IMG/VR virus record: IMGVR_UViG_2524023210_000007 | Location: 16,429-80,428 of that record | Strand: one strand, 5' to 3' | Source of the DNA: a virus | Lineage: Duplodnaviria > Heunggongvirae > Uroviricota > Caudoviricetes | Length of the DNA stretch: 64,000 nt | In this document: positions 63,228 to 64,000 of the stretch, in pieces | Position numbering within the stretch: the first letter of the stretch is position 1 | Layout of the letters: the number at the start of each line of letters is the position of its first letter | Program-made: the position numbers and the translations under genes | Notes under the pieces: model-generated | Databases searched by the model: none | What the model saw: only the letters and a program-made list of their open reading frames with translations | What the model was told of the DNA's origin: nothing

Positions 63228-63893
63228 ATGTTTTCGGTCGTGACGGCCGCCACGGACCGGAAATTGACGACGCGAGACAACGTCAAGACCGAACTCGGCA
63301 TCACCGGAAGCGCCGAAGACGCCAAAATCGATCGCTTGATCAATCGGCTTTCGGCGATGGTCTGCGACTATATCGACGTGCCGATGGCCTCAGACGGATC
63401 GAAGACGTTGGGCCTCGAGACGCTCGATGAGTATTTCGACCACAGCCCGTGGTATCGGCGCCGTCGCCGGCAAATCGTCATGGCCCGGCGCCCGGTGACC
63501 GAGATTGTGTCGGTGACGATCGGATCTGTCACGGTCGATCCTTCGGATTACGATTTTGACGGTGCGCGCGGCGAGATGAGGCGGACGGGCGTCCTGCCGC
63601 CGCCCAGCCTCGGCTACGCACCTGGTGTCCGAACCGTGGTCCGCTACAAGGCGGGTTGGACGCTGCCGGCGACGGCCAATTTCACGTTGCCGCTACCGAT
63701 CGAGGGCGCGGTCATTGGGCTGCTCAGGGCCGCGCGGTTCGCCGCGGATCGAGATCCGATGGTCAAGTCGGAATGGACGACTGACATCGAGAAAATCGAC
63801 TACTGGGTCGGCCAAATCGGGGAGAACGGCGCTTTCCCGCCCGATATCGCCTCGATGCTGGAGATCTATTGCTACGAGCCGGAGTTCGGATAG
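63228..63893 (+). CDS. head-tail connector protein (gp6-like)
   Basis: N-terminal LTTRDNVKTELGITGSAEDAKIDRLINRLSAMVCDYI typical of gp6-like connector; gene order. Confidence 0.5.
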   Translation: MFSVVTAATDRKLTTRDNVKTELGITGSAEDAKIDRLINRLSAMVCDYIDVPMASDGSKTLGLETLDEYFDHSPWYRRRRRQIVMARRPVTEIVSVTIGSVTVDPSDYDFDGARGEMRRTGVLPPPSLGYAPGVRTVVRYKAGWTLPATANFTLPLPIEGAVIGLLRAARFAADRDPMVKSEWTTDIEKIDYWVGQIGENGAFPPDIASMLEIYCYEPEFG

Positions 63894-64000
63894 TGGACAC
63901 GGCAGGTGCAGCTCGTGCGCGGCGAGGCATCCAGCGCCGAGGGCACGTCGTCAGTTTTCGGCGCATGACAAAGACGACGCCGCAAACCGTTGCAAATCGT

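Overview
This window is an interior slice of a large temperate phage or prophage (>64 kb). Neither integrase nor tail genes are inside it. GC content is about 65%, which is typical of a high-GC alphaproteobacterial host (Bradyrhizobium- or Rhodopseudomonas-like). The phage also carries GcrA- and CcrM-like genes, which fits that host group.

Organisation, from left to right:

- **1-18.6 kb, long leftward 'early-left' operon.** Genes are chained by ATGA/GTGA stop-start overlaps. It encodes a DnaQ-like exonuclease, a Dam-like MTase, a TerY-P-type kinase/PP2C/vWA signalling module plus an isochorismatase-family hydrolase, a Lar-like protein, a PRAI-like TIM barrel plus an SplB-like radical SAM pair, a DnaA-C-like protein, an HNH endonuclease, a RecT-like/RecE-like recombination pair and an SbcC-like ATPase. 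An internal tRNA-Met(CAT) sits at 17948..18024.
- **18.6-22 kb, immunity region.** It has divergent promoters and a CI/LexA-like repressor. A 19-bp palindromic operator (TTGAAAGC-N3-GCTTTCAA) occurs at both ends of the region, and a Cro/YdaS-like gene faces rightward.
- **22-39.3 kb, rightward early/replication operon.** It encodes a T5orf172 protein, GcrA, a LexA-DBD-like protein, nucleases, an MT-A70 MTase, RuvC, DnaN and a C5-MTase carrying a 9-unit tandem repeat array. It continues with an SPFH protein flanked by micro-peptides, QueD plus a possible DpdA-like protein, a primase, an HNH endonuclease, a CcrM-like beta-class MTase and DnaB.
- **39.5-41 kb, lower-GC moron.** A pentapeptide-repeat lipoprotein/membrane protein.
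- **41.2-43.4 kb.** Small genes and the HNH endonuclease that normally precedes terminase.
- **43.4-53.1 kb, a 10-kb leftward island inserted between that HNH and terS.** It carries ICE/plasmid-like cargo: a large protein with a gamma-class MTase fused at its C-terminus, a possible DUF932-like protein (family call tentative), many micro-ORFs and HTH regulators. The island is punctuated by two families of short repeats placed at exact gene boundaries.
- **54.08-63.9 kb, head module.** terS, terL, an HK97-type portal, an S49 prohead protease, two paralogous HK97-fold capsid genes separated by an intrinsic terminator, and head-tail connector proteins.

Five DNA methyltransferases and four HNH endonucleases are present. 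Coordinates taken from the ORF track are exact. Coordinates of small features I derived myself may be off by 1-2 nt.
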